Notes: a model not told the origin generated them from the letters alone. A stretch of 64,000 nt of DNA from Clostridia bacterium (GCA_017453325.1 JAFTKK010000040.1:11022-75021), one strand, 5' to 3'; counted from the first letter of the stretch, positions 10,338 through 19,793 are shown. Translations and numbers: made by a program.

Positions 10338-10352
10338 TAAGGGGGAGACGGT

Positions 10353-10958
10353 ATGAATTTTACACGTTTGACAGAAAATTTGAAGGCGCGCGGCTTTGCG
10401 GTATCTGCCTTTGAGACCGCGCGGGACGCCACCGCCTATTTAAACGGCGCCATTGACGGGAAGACCGTGGGTTTCGGTGGCTCGGTGACGCTCGATAAAA
10501 TGGGCCTTTACGAGGTGCTTGCCACGCACAACACCTGCTTTTGGCATTGGCGCGAGCGAGACGGCAAAAGTGCGAAGGAGCTGCGCGATGCGGGCAATGC
10601 GGCCGAGGTTTACCTTTCCTCGGTCAACGGCATGGCCGAGAGCGGCGAGATCATCAATATCGACGGCACCTGCAACCGCGTAGCGGCCACGATGTACGGG
10701 CACGAGCGCGTTTATCTGGTTTTGGGCAAGAACAAGATCGCCCCGACCTATGAGGCGGCGCTGTGGCGCGCGCGCAACATTGCCGCACCGAAAAACGCGC
10801 AGCGTCTCGGGGTGAAAACCCCTTGTGCCGTGCAGGGTGACCGCTGCTACGACTGCAAGAGCGAGGGGCGCATTTGCCGCGCCCTCACGGTTTTGTGGGA
10901 GAAGCCGAACGGCATGGATGTGGAAATTATTTTAATCAACGAAAATTTGGGATATTAA
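10353..10958 (+). CDS. LUD-domain (lactate-utilization-like) protein
   Basis: VGFGGSVTL, SSVNGMAESGEIINIDGTCNRVAA, TPC...CYDCKSEGRIC. Confidence 0.8.
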   Translation: MNFTRLTENLKARGFAVSAFETARDATAYLNGAIDGKTVGFGGSVTLDKMGLYEVLATHNTCFWHWRERDGKSAKELRDAGNAAEVYLSSVNGMAESGEIINIDGTCNRVAATMYGHERVYLVLGKNKIAPTYEAALWRARNIAAPKNAQRLGVKTPCAVQGDRCYDCKSEGRICRALTVLWEKPNGMDVEIILINENLGY

Positions 10959-10969
10959 AGGAGAGCGTT

Positions 10970-11758
10970 ATGGCAACCGAACTCAAAGTTTGTACGTTTA
11001 ACCTCCGCGTGCGCGTGGAAAACGACGGCATCAACGTATTCGACAACCGCAAGCCCCGTGTGATAGAGACCATTCAAAGTGAAGCCCCCGACCTCATTGG
11101 CTTCCAGGAGGCAAACTCCGATATGCGTGCCTGGCTGACCGAGGCGCTCGCCCCTCTCGGCTATACCGTGATCGGCTGTGGCAGACAAAGCGATTATACC
11201 GGCGAGAGCAACTCCATTGCCTACCGCCGCGACCGCTTTGATCTGATTTCCTTTGATACCAACTGGCTTTCCGCCACCCCCGGCGTGCCCGGCTCGCGCT
11301 TTGGCGGCGATCAGAGCAGCTGCCCGCGTATTTTTGTTGCCGCCACCTTGAAGCATAGGGATGCGGCATCCCCTTTCTTGTTTGTAAACACGCACCTTGA
11401 CCACAAGGGCCCGATGGCTAAGCTGCTGGGCGCCACCCAGATCCTGCAATACATTTCCTGCAAGGGTCTGCCCTTTATCCTCACGGGTGACACCAATGCA
11501 ATTCCCGAGGATCTCTCCATGACTATGATCACCGCGGCCTCCCCTTGCGGAAAGCCCGTGACCGACGTGACCGCCACGCTGGACGGCACCTTCCACAATT
11601 TTGGCAAGTACGCGCCCGAGCAGCAGCGCAAGATCGACTACATCTTTACCGATATGCCCGCTGACCCGACAAGAAGCTACAAGCTCGCCGACGAGGGCGT
11701 GGACGGCGTATATATTTCCGACCACTTTGTGGTCTTTGGATACATTACGGTTGCATAG
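10970..11758 (+). CDS. Endonuclease/exonuclease/phosphatase family protein
   Basis: TFNLR, GFQE, NTHLDH, TGDTN, IDYIF, SDH; RBS aaggag before ATG 10970. Confidence 0.88.
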   Translation: MATELKVCTFNLRVRVENDGINVFDNRKPRVIETIQSEAPDLIGFQEANSDMRAWLTEALAPLGYTVIGCGRQSDYTGESNSIAYRRDRFDLISFDTNWLSATPGVPGSRFGGDQSSCPRIFVAATLKHRDAASPFLFVNTHLDHKGPMAKLLGATQILQYISCKGLPFILTGDTNAIPEDLSMTMITAASPCGKPVTDVTATLDGTFHNFGKYAPEQQRKIDYIFTDMPADPTRSYKLADEGVDGVYISDHFVVFGYITVA

Positions 11759-11770
11759 GAGAAAACGGAC

Positions 11771-12448
11771 ATGGGATATATAGAAACCAAAATTTTTGAA
11801 GATATGCAATATGCCGTGCGCTTCCCCGACGGATACGAGGCGGGAAAGGCTTACCCCGTCTTGCTTTTTCTGCACGGTGCGGGCACGCGCGGCAGCGACA
11901 TCAAAAACATCACCGATCATTCCTTTATAAAACGCCCCGACAAAATGCCCGGCTTCCCCTTTGTGGTGGTGGCTCCCCTTTGCCACAAAAACACCTGGTT
12001 CGACCTTTTTGAAACGTTAGAGCGCTTTACGCTCTTCATTGCAAGCGAGAGCTACACCGACAAGGCACGCATCTACCTCACGGGCAACAGCATGGGCGGC
12101 TACGGCTCCTGGCAGCTCGCGATGAGCCTGCCCGAGCTCTTTGCTGCGGTGATACCGATCTGCGGCGGCGGCATGTATTGGAACGCGGCGCGCTTGGTGA
12201 ACGTTCCCATCTGGGCCTTCCACGGCGGCAAGGACGGCACGGTGTTTGTGGAGGAAAGCGAAAAAATGGTGAACGCCGTCAACAAGCGCGGCGGCAATGC
12301 CAAGCTGACCATATACCCCGAGCACGGGCACAACAGCTGGACCGACACCTACAACAACCCCGAGATCTACACCTGGCTGCTTTCGCACGAAAACAACAAC
12401 GCCAAGCAGCTGGTAGACGAATATAACAGCTCTCAGGTGTTTGGATGA
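11771..12448 (+). CDS. Alpha/beta-hydrolase (predicted esterase/peptidase)
   Basis: FLHGAG, nucleophile GNSMGG, WAFHGGKD, HNSW. Confidence 0.85.
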   Translation: MGYIETKIFEDMQYAVRFPDGYEAGKAYPVLLFLHGAGTRGSDIKNITDHSFIKRPDKMPGFPFVVVAPLCHKNTWFDLFETLERFTLFIASESYTDKARIYLTGNSMGGYGSWQLAMSLPELFAAVIPICGGGMYWNAARLVNVPIWAFHGGKDGTVFVEESEKMVNAVNKRGGNAKLTIYPEHGHNSWTDTYNNPEIYTWLLSHENNNAKQLVDEYNSSQVFG

Positions 12449-12451
12449 TCA

Positions 12452-12481
12452 TAAAAAAGGCGTGCTAAGCACGCCTTTTTT
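12452..12481. terminator. Bidirectional terminator at the left edge of XRE module 1
   Basis: aaaaaaggcgtgct-a-agcacgcctttttt. Confidence 0.8.
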
Positions 12482-12698
12482 ACTGTAATTTTTTCGGACT
12501 ATCGGTAAGGCCGGCAAGATAATCGAGGCTGACATTATAAAACCTAGCCAGTTCAATAGCGCGGCTAAACGGCATTTCTCTTTTGCCGGATTCATAGGTA
12601 CTGTAATACTGATATGTGGTGTTTAAAACCTTAGCAATATCCTGTTGGGTCAAGTCTCTGTCTTCTCGCATGTCTCTGATGCGTTGTGCATATTTCAT
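12480..12698 (-). CDS. XRE/Cro-CI family HTH repressor (72 aa), module 1
   Basis: RIRDMREDRDLTQQDIAKVLNTTYQYYSTYESGKR...LARFYNVSLDYLAG; RBS ggagg before ATG 12698. Confidence 0.9.
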   Translation of the reverse strand: MKYAQRIRDMREDRDLTQQDIAKVLNTTYQYYSTYESGKREMPFSRAIELARFYNVSLDYLAGLTDSPKKLQ

Positions 12699-12737
12699 AA
12701 TTTGATCCTCCAACGCCTGTAAATTCGAACAAATCTT

Positions 12738-12806
12738 ATCACATATGATGGGTTCGACTTGACTTTTTAATCACATGTGGTTATAATTAAGTAAATCACA
12801 TCTGAT
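12738..12806. promoter_or_regulatory. Divergent promoters with three ATCA-N4-TGAT operators
   Basis: ATCACATATGAT 12738-12749, ATCACATGTGGT 12770-12781, ATCACATCTGAT 12795-12806; + strand TTGACT (12759-12764)-17-TATAAT (12782-12787); minus-strand extended -10 TGaTAAGAT overlaps site 1. Confidence 0.8.
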
Positions 12807-12820
12807 TAAAGAGGACTTTT

Positions 12821-13093
12821 ATGAAAAAAATAATCGAGGCGCTATGGCACGAAACACATATCTTGCCCTGCGAAGAAAGCTTTTTGGCAAATCCACAATA
12901 TAAAAAATTATTGCAGACACGCAGTACGGCACGTGAAAAGCTGGAGACGGCACTGAGCGAGAAACAAAAGTGTTTGCTATCCGAATTCGATGATTGCGGT
13001 ACAGAATTGTCAAAATTCTGCGAAAAGGAAATATTCGTCCGTGGCTTTCGTCTCGGTGCGCAGTTGATGCTTGAAATGCTCTCCAAAGAGTAA
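12821..13093 (+). CDS. Small helical protein resembling DUF6809, module 1
   Basis: 90 aa; MKKIIEALW...EKLETALSEKQK...FVRGFRLGAQLMLE; RBS aagagga. Confidence 0.75.
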   Translation: MKKIIEALWHETHILPCEESFLANPQYKKLLQTRSTAREKLETALSEKQKCLLSEFDDCGTELSKFCEKEIFVRGFRLGAQLMLEMLSKE

Positions 13094-13098
13094 AAACA

Positions 13099-13143
13099 GG
13101 AGGCCGTGCAGACCCATTGGGGTTTGCACGGCCTCCGCTTTTT
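13099..13143. terminator. Terminator between the DUF6809-like gene and the convergent ETF gene
   Basis: ggaggccgtgcagaccc...gggtttgcacggcctcc followed by a T-run. Confidence 0.75.
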
Positions 13144-13162
13144 GTAAAGGCGCGCTACGGGG

Positions 13163-14548
13163 TTAAAAAACGAGATCCTCGGCGCGGGCAATGATGCCGT
13201 AATCGGCATAGTCAAAGATGGGGGCGTTTTTATCGGGATTGATGGCAATGACGGTGCCCGCACGCGACATACCGACCACGTGATGCACAGCACCCGAAAT
13301 GCCCACCGCGATATAGACTGCGGGGCTGACGGCTTTACCGGTAAGACCCACCTGACAGTCATAGGGCAGGAGACCCTCGTCCACGGCACGGCGGCTGGCA
13401 GCAAGAGAAGCGGAGAAATGTGCGGCAAGGGCTCTCACCCGATCAAGCGACGCGGCGGCGCCAATGCCTGCCGCCACCACCACCTCGGCGCTCTCTTGGC
13501 TGAGCGTGCGCACGGTGGCAAGCGCGGGGCGCGTGCGGCTTTTGATCTTGGCCATAATACTGCCCGCTTGCGCGGGGCGGATCATAAAAAGCTCCTGCCC
13601 ATCGGTTTCAAGCGCCGTACAATCGGCGCAAAGACCAAGCCCCAGTACAGCCGCGACGCGCGCGGCGCACTCGCGCCCTGCGGTATCGGTACCGAAAAGC
13701 ACCGCGGCGGGGCAATCTCGCCGGATTGCCTCAATAACGGCATCGGCTTGGCAGTCACGAAGCACGGTGACACGCTCTGCCACAGCCTTAGCGTAAGTAA
13801 GGGGGGCTTCCCCGACGGAAAGCACCAAGGGAAGCTTATTTTCGCACCCGTTTTGTGGGATAATGCCTTCTTGTCTCTTGCCAAGCGAAGCGCGAACGAC
13901 CCCGTCAAGCTCGGCAGGAGAAATAAATCGGCAGCGGCGTCTGCCGCCCTCATTTTCCGCGGTAGCAATGACCCTTGTGGGGGAGCCTGCAAGCCCCGTG
14001 CGTGTGGGGTCGGCACCGAGCGCCGCGAGGGACACGGTCTTTACCTCGCCTGCGCGCGAGCGCAGGGAGGGCAGACGCAGCGCATGAATGCGCTCAAAGG
14101 TAAGCAGGGCGGGCAGAGACAGCTGCCTTTCGCCCTCGCGCGTGGCAACAAACACCTTATCCCCCTCCTCACGCGGTGTGGCCATGACGCCGCTGACAAG
14201 CGTGAGATCGGCGAGGGCCGCGAGCATAGCACCCGTTTGCGCGGTATCGCCCACCAGCGTTTGCCTGCCGCAAAACACGAGATCGGGCTGCAGGCGTGCA
14301 ATGGCAAGAGAGAGCGTATAAGCGGTTGCCAGGGTATCGACACCCGCAAACAAGGGATCGCTCAGCAGCACGGCCTCCTTTGCCCCCAGACGCGAAAGAC
14401 GCGAGAGCAGGTCTGCCGTGCGCGGCGCACCCATACTGAGCAGCGTGACCTCGGCGCCCTTCATTTGCAGCGCGGCCTCGTAGGCGGCGGCATCAAAGGG
14501 ACCGAGCTCACCGTCAAGCCCTTGACGGACACAAACCACGATCCTCAT
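13163..14548 (-). CDS. Fused electron transfer flavoprotein beta-alpha subunits
   Basis: N-terminal EtfB motifs (IVVCVRQ, LSMG, DTLATAYTL, GRQTLVGDTAQTG); C-terminal EtfA motifs (GLCADCT, ASRRAVD, QVGLTGKAV, GISGAVHH, AINPDKNAPIF). Confidence 0.85.
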   Translation of the reverse strand: MRIVVCVRQGLDGELGPFDAAAYEAALQMKGAEVTLLSMGAPRTADLLSRLSRLGAKEAVLLSDPLFAGVDTLATAYTLSLAIARLQPDLVFCGRQTLVGDTAQTGAMLAALADLTLVSGVMATPREEGDKVFVATREGERQLSLPALLTFERIHALRLPSLRSRAGEVKTVSLAALGADPTRTGLAGSPTRVIATAENEGGRRRCRFISPAELDGVVRASLGKRQEGIIPQNGCENKLPLVLSVGEAPLTYAKAVAERVTVLRDCQADAVIEAIRRDCPAAVLFGTDTAGRECAARVAAVLGLGLCADCTALETDGQELFMIRPAQAGSIMAKIKSRTRPALATVRTLSQESAEVVVAAGIGAAASLDRVRALAAHFSASLAASRRAVDEGLLPYDCQVGLTGKAVSPAVYIAVGISGAVHHVVGMSRAGTVIAINPDKNAPIFDYADYGIIARAEDLVF

Positions 14549-15741
14549 GCCGTATGCACCGCAACATGACCGCCGACAATGACGGTCTTGACCAGAAAAT
14601 CATGTGTGACAAGCACGAGATCGGCATCCTTGCCAACCGCGATGCTTCCCTTTTGATCCGCTACGCCCATGCAAAGGGCAGGCGCAAGAGAAAGCATGAC
14701 GGAGGCGGTAGGCAGGTCAATACCGTAATCGGATACGAGCACGCGCAGGCAGCGATCCATGGTGGCAATACTGCCCGCAAACGAGCTGCGGTCGGGCAAT
14801 TTTGCAACGCCCGCCTCAACGATAACTTCGGTACCCTCCGAAAGGCTGCCCAGCTTGCCGCAGGTAAGATCGGTGCCCGAAATGCGTGTGCCGTCGGTAA
14901 TCACCGAGACCTTTTCGGCACCCTTGATCTTGAGCGCGAGATACATATCCTCGCGCGGAATGTGGCAGCCGTCACCGATCAGCTCAACGGTGACCCCATC
15001 GTCAAGATAGGTGGCCTCCACCACGCCCGCATACACCGTTTGCTCACGCTTGCGGTGCATACTGGTGGCGTTATAAAAATGTGTCACGTGAGAAAAGCCG
15101 CTCTCAAAGCCGCGGCGCGCCTCCTCGGCGGTAGCGTCGGTGTGCGCAATGGCGGCAACGATCCCGCGCTCACGCAGATGCGCGGCAAATTCACACGCGC
15201 CCGCAAGCTCGGGGGACGCATCCCAGCGCAAAATAGCGCCGTCGGCGAGGGTGAGCAGCGTATCGACCTCTTCCATATCGGGCAGGCGCAGGGCACCCGC
15301 ATTTTGTGCACCGCGGCTTGCCTGCGTGGCCCCGAAGAAATAGGGCCCCTCAAAGTGCACGCCGGGGGCAAGGGGAGCCAAGGGGCTTTCCTTCAAAAAG
15401 CCCCGATACGCTGCGAGAAAATCGCAAAGCGCCTCATGGCTTGCCGCCATGGCGGTGGGATACAGCAGCGTGGTTCCGTGCGCCAAGTGCGCCTGCACCG
15501 CCGTCTCAAACGCGGCAGGCGTGGCATCCATGAAATCGGCGCCGCCACCGCCGTGCACGTGAAGATCGATGAAGCCCGCAAGGAGATACTCCCCTGCGGC
15601 ATCAAGCACCTCGGCGCCCTGCGGGATCTCCGTGTGGCTGCCGAGCGCGGCGATCTTGCCGTCTTTGACCAAAACGTCGGTTTCGGGCAAAATGGCGCTA
15701 TTGGTGACAACGGTGGCGTTTTTGATAACCAACGTGCGCAT
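14545..15741 (-). CDS. nagA: N-acetylglucosamine-6-phosphate deacetylase-like amidohydrolase
   Basis: GFIDLHVHGGGG, HFEGPY, AHTDA, THFYNA, IGDGCH, FAGS, GKDADLV. Confidence 0.82.
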   Translation of the reverse strand: MRTLVIKNATVVTNSAILPETDVLVKDGKIAALGSHTEIPQGAEVLDAAGEYLLAGFIDLHVHGGGGADFMDATPAAFETAVQAHLAHGTTLLYPTAMAASHEALCDFLAAYRGFLKESPLAPLAPGVHFEGPYFFGATQASRGAQNAGALRLPDMEEVDTLLTLADGAILRWDASPELAGACEFAAHLRERGIVAAIAHTDATAEEARRGFESGFSHVTHFYNATSMHRKREQTVYAGVVEATYLDDGVTVELIGDGCHIPREDMYLALKIKGAEKVSVITDGTRISGTDLTCGKLGSLSEGTEVIVEAGVAKLPDRSSFAGSIATMDRCLRVLVSDYGIDLPTASVMLSLAPALCMGVADQKGSIAVGKDADLVLVTHDFLVKTVIVGGHVAVHTA

Positions 15742-16595
15742 TATTTGTTATAAATGCGGATCTCCGGGACGGGGCATTGAAGTGCCACAGCCGCGGCATA
15801 CAGCATAGCATCGGGGTGGTTCTGGAAGAGCGAGCAGGGTACGCGCGCGGTGATCTCACCGTGAAGCACCTTGCGCAGCGCGGCGGCGTTCCAGTCACGC
15901 GGCATGCACATACGTACCTTCTTTGCCATCATCATTTCCTTCATACCCACGGTAATGCAGTTTGCGGGAATGGCCTCGATATTGGCACCGCAGTTCATAA
16001 AGGCATTAATGGTACGCGTTTCGCGGGTGATTTTCAGCGTTCTGGTGGGGCGGCTTGCAAACTCTGCGGGGTCGTCCTCCTCCCAAGCTTCGGGCGGCTC
16101 GTTAAAGGCATAGTGACCGTTGATACCGACACCGCCGAACACCATATCGAGCTTGCCGTATTTTTCAATGATCTCCAGTATTCTGCCCTCGTTGCCGGGC
16201 TCGGGGAAGATGCGGTTCTCGGGCAGGACGTTGAGTTCCTCGTCAACCTTAGAGTAGAAGGTTCTGTCCATGCCGCCGCGGAAGGAAAGCGGATGATTAT
16301 AGTCGATGTAAGTTCCATCCTCGTTGAGGTACTCGTCCATGTTCATAAAGACGCAGTTTTTGAGGGAAATGCGGTATCTGTTGACAAGCTCCGCAAGGCG
16401 CGCGTAAGGGCCGATGGGGCCGTAGGGTACGACCATGACGGTGGGCTCGCCCTTTTTGTTGTTCTCGGCGATCACCTCAAGCACCTCGATGGCGACCTTC
16501 CAATACATATCGACCTCGTGCTCACAGACGTTCAGCTTAATATTGCTGCCCTTGCCGAGCTCCTCGGGCGGAATCAGATTGATATCCTGTTTCAT
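15741..16595 (-). CDS. Glucosamine-6-phosphate deaminase/isomerase-like (NagB family, divergent)
   Basis: NMDEY, HPLSF, GGVGINGHYAFNEP, TVGMKE, PCSL..HP; has PYGPIGPY where canonical NagB has PTGSTP. Confidence 0.75.
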   Translation of the reverse strand: MKQDINLIPPEELGKGSNIKLNVCEHEVDMYWKVAIEVLEVIAENNKKGEPTVMVVPYGPIGPYARLAELVNRYRISLKNCVFMNMDEYLNEDGTYIDYNHPLSFRGGMDRTFYSKVDEELNVLPENRIFPEPGNEGRILEIIEKYGKLDMVFGGVGINGHYAFNEPPEAWEEDDPAEFASRPTRTLKITRETRTINAFMNCGANIEAIPANCITVGMKEMMMAKKVRMCMPRDWNAAALRKVLHGEITARVPCSLFQNHPDAMLYAAAVALQCPVPEIRIYNK

Positions 16596-16609
16596 AGCGT
16601 TTACTCCTT

Positions 16610-18082
16610 TTATTCGTTTTCGTGATAGATCGGTGCCAGGGCATCGTGTATCCTTTTATATTTTTCAAATAAGGCCGCATACGTGGCGGTATTTTGGGGG
16701 GTGGGGGTGACCGTGCACATCTCCTTGATGCACGCGGCAATGGCTGCCTCGGGCGTGGCGAACACGCCGAGCGCAAGACCCGCGAGCATAGCCGAGCCGA
16801 GCGAGGAATCGCTGCTTTCGGTCACGCGCAGGGTCATGCCGAGCATATCGGCCGTCATCTGCCGCCAGAGGGGACTTTTCGCGCCGCCGCCGATCAGGGT
16901 AGCGGTATCATTTGCGGGGATATGCAGCGTTTCAAGGTATCGTTTGCTGTCAAGAAGGGAGAAAGCCACACCCTCAAGCACCGCGCGTGTAAAATGTCCT
17001 TTTCCGTGCGTGGCGCGCACGCCGACGAAGCTGCCGGAAAGCAGCGGATCGGCATAAGGGGTCAGCTCACCGTTGATATAGGGGTGGAAAAAGAGACCCT
17101 CTGCACCGATCGGCACCGCGGCCGCACCCTCGTCAAGTGCGCGGTAATCGCCGCCAAAGGTATCGCGATACCACCGCAGACTGGAGGCAGCCGCCTTGGT
17201 GGCGGTACCGGGATACCACAGCCCCTTGGCGATATGCGAATAATTCACGAGATGTCTGTCGGGGTAGGCACGGTCGGTAATGACGCAGATGCGCCCTGCG
17301 GTAGCGAGCTTGACGGTCACGTCACCCGTCTGCACGGCACCCGAGGCAAAGACCTCCATGACGGTATCGGTGGTGCCGCAAATAACGGGCGTGCCCGCGG
17401 CAAGACCCGTAGCGGCTGCCGCCGCCTCGGTGACGGCACCGATGATATCGGTGGGGCTTTTGATGGAGGGCAGCATATCGGGCGAGATGCCGGCGAGCGA
17501 GCAAAGCGTCTCGTCCCATGCCATTTTGTTGCAATCAAAGAGCATACTGCCCTCGGCCTCGATGTAGTCGGTGCAATATACGTCGGTGAGGAAATAGCGG
17601 ATATAGTCCTTTTCAAAAAAGATATACCGACACTTGGCAAAGGTCTCGGGCTCGTTGTTTTTGAGCCACAAAAGCTGCGGCAGCGTCCAGATGGTATCGG
17701 GCTTGTGGTAGGTTTTTGCAAAGATCTCATCCCCGTGGGCCTCGCGCAAGAGGTCGGCCTCGCGGCGCGCGCGGGAATCGGTCCAATGCATGGCGTGGCG
17801 CAAGGGGCGCATCGCTTCATCGCACAAAAGCGACGTGTGGGTGGCGGAATCAATGGCCAGTGCCGCGATATCGGCGGCGGCGATGCCGCTTTCCCGCAGC
17901 ACGGTGCTCGTGTTTTCACACAGCGCCGCCAGCCAATCGGCAGGATTTTGCTCACAGGCGCCCGCGCTTGGATGAAGCGTCGGGTACTCGGCCGTGTGCT
18001 CGGCCACGAGGTGCCCTGCCGTGTCAATCAGCGTCGCCTTGGAGGCGCCGCCGCCAAAATCAATACCGAGCAGGTATTTCAT
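16610..18082 (-). CDS. FGGY family carbohydrate kinase (xylulokinase-like)
   Basis: LLGIDFGGGASKA, EQNP, WTDSRA, PYINGE, RAVLEGVAF, GGGAKSPLWRQ. Confidence 0.88.
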   Translation of the reverse strand: MKYLLGIDFGGGASKATLIDTAGHLVAEHTAEYPTLHPSAGACEQNPADWLAALCENTSTVLRESGIAAADIAALAIDSATHTSLLCDEAMRPLRHAMHWTDSRARREADLLREAHGDEIFAKTYHKPDTIWTLPQLLWLKNNEPETFAKCRYIFFEKDYIRYFLTDVYCTDYIEAEGSMLFDCNKMAWDETLCSLAGISPDMLPSIKSPTDIIGAVTEAAAAATGLAAGTPVICGTTDTVMEVFASGAVQTGDVTVKLATAGRICVITDRAYPDRHLVNYSHIAKGLWYPGTATKAAASSLRWYRDTFGGDYRALDEGAAAVPIGAEGLFFHPYINGELTPYADPLLSGSFVGVRATHGKGHFTRAVLEGVAFSLLDSKRYLETLHIPANDTATLIGGGAKSPLWRQMTADMLGMTLRVTESSDSSLGSAMLAGLALGVFATPEAAIAACIKEMCTVTPTPQNTATYAALFEKYKRIHDALAPIYHENE

Positions 18083-18097
18083 AAGCAGCCTCGCCGA

Positions 18098-18892
18098 TCA
18101 TCTTTTCTCGATCCATGCGTGGGCAGGATCGCTGCTGCGGTTAAAGCCCTGATGATCCCCTGCCATCAGCCACAAAAAGTAGCTTTGATAGCCTGGGGTG
18201 GAGACGGTGGTATGGTAACCGTAGGGGAACTCGACCAGCTCGTCATTTTTCACGCGATAGGCCTCGTCCACCGCACCGTCTGCTGTGTAAAGGCATTGCA
18301 CGGCAAAGCCCTGCTTCGGCTCAAAGAGGAAATAATAGATCTCCTCGGCTACGCACTCGCGCGGCATATCGTTGACGTCGTGCTTATGGGGCGGGAAGCC
18401 TGCCCAGTTACCCTCGGTGCAGTAGGCCTCTCCGATGGTGAGCACCTTGGCATTGGAATTGCCGTCGATGATAAAGCTGGTCTCACGCTGGTAGGGCACC
18501 TCGCCGAGAAGCTTTAAGACAACGTGATCCTCACGGAGCACCTGCGGCTCGGTTTTTTCGGCAACGGGGGTGGCGCAAACCGCGATCTTGATATGGTCGA
18601 TCGCCTCAATGGTGAGCGCTTGCTCGCGCGGCATATAAAAGCTCTCGGCGCGGCGATTTTCAAACACGCTCATGCGATTGCCGATATTTTCCCATTTGGT
18701 ACCGTCAAAGGACACGTTGGCGTGCCCCTCGAGCATGATGAAGGCGGTTTCCTTATCATCGGTATTGAAATCAAGCTTGTCGCCGGCGGGGAGCTCAATG
18801 ATGCCGAACTCCAGCTTGCCCAAAGAGCATTCCCCGATCTTGCAGATCGGCGTATAGCCGTTTTTGGGAACATAGGTCTTTTTATAATTCAT
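18098..18892 (-). CDS. iolB: 5-deoxy-glucuronate isomerase family (IolB)
   Basis: GNWAGFPPHKHD, EEIYYF..P.QGF, PYGYH, YFLWLMAG. Confidence 0.85.
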   Translation of the reverse strand: MNYKKTYVPKNGYTPICKIGECSLGKLEFGIIELPAGDKLDFNTDDKETAFIMLEGHANVSFDGTKWENIGNRMSVFENRRAESFYMPREQALTIEAIDHIKIAVCATPVAEKTEPQVLREDHVVLKLLGEVPYQRETSFIIDGNSNAKVLTIGEAYCTEGNWAGFPPHKHDVNDMPRECVAEEIYYFLFEPKQGFAVQCLYTADGAVDEAYRVKNDELVEFPYGYHTTVSTPGYQSYFLWLMAGDHQGFNRSSDPAHAWIEKR

Positions 18893-19793
18893 AACCGTTC
18901 TCCTTTAAGTAGTTTTTGACGGTGTCAAAATTGGGGACGCTTTCGCGCGCACCGACACCCGTGCATTTGATGGCCGAAACGGCGCTGGCAAAGTGGCAGC
19001 ACTTGACAAAATCAAAGCCCTTGACCACACCTGCGGCAAAAGCGCCGTGGAACACATCACCCGAGCCGTTGGAATCCACCACGTTTGCAGGGTAAATGGG
19101 ATATGCGGTGTGAGCCTGCCCGTCATAAAGCACGCCGCCGCGCTTGCCCTGCGTCACGACCACCACAGCGGGGCGGTAGGTGTCATAGAGCACGCGTGCA
19201 GCCTCCTCGGCGGTAGCGGCGCCCGTGATACCGAGGGCAAATTCCTCGGAGGGGATCATAATATCCGTGAGAGCGAGAAGCCGTTCCACGCCCTCTTAAC
19301 GCCCGCCTCAATCGTAAAGCACCTGCGTGCCGTTCTCGCGCGCGTGCGCAGCGGCGGCCACCGCCGCCTCCAGCTCGTTGCCATCAACCATGAGGACGCT
19401 TGCCTCGCGCACGGCGGCAAGCTGTGCGTCACAAGGGGCAAACGGGGGCAGATCGCCCTTGTCAAACACACAGGTGCGCGCGGTGCTGTCTGCCGAAAGC
19501 CAGAGCACCGAGGTGAAGGAGCGATAGCCCGACTTCACCTCAACGAGCGCGGTATCGACACCGTATTTTTCAAAATCCTTTTTGAGAAATACACCGCCGT
19601 TATCATCGGAAAGCACACCGAGATAAGCCGCGCTCTCGCCGAGCTTGGCGGCCGCGACCAGACCCGTGGCCACGGGTCCGCCGCCCGAGGGCTTACTGCC
19701 AAGGGCGCGCATTTTGGTATCCTCTTTGGGATAAGTGGGGACGGTGTAGAGCGTATCCATGACGCAAGCGCCGATGCCTACAATCTTTGCCAT
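18882..19793 (-). pseudogene. PfkB family carbohydrate kinase with two in-frame stops (TGA 19308-19310, TAA 19296-19298)
   Basis: Continuous frame reads ..VLYD*GGR*EGVERLLALTDIMIPSEEF..; N-terminal GGGPVATG, C-terminal VVTQGKRG and DSNGSGDVFHGAF PfkB signature. Confidence 0.82.

Noticed and set aside
12611-12622. Codons for the XRE1 recognition helix (ACCACATATCAG) resemble its own operator (9/12)
   Set aside because: The palindromic TGAT half is missing and module 2 shows no equivalent; probably coincidence.
12725-12757. tcgaac...gttcga inverted repeat as a LexA box
   Set aside because: The Firmicute SOS box needs GAAC-N4-GTTC; the spacing here is much longer.
4899-19310. Alternative genetic code or stop-codon recoding
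   Set aside because: The three internal stops are three different codons (TAG, TGA, TAA), and all three end normal genes in this window.
19308-19310. Selenocysteine at the in-frame TGA of the PfkB kinase
   Set aside because: A TAA follows four codons later, no convincing SECIS hairpin is visible, and the position is not a known redox site.
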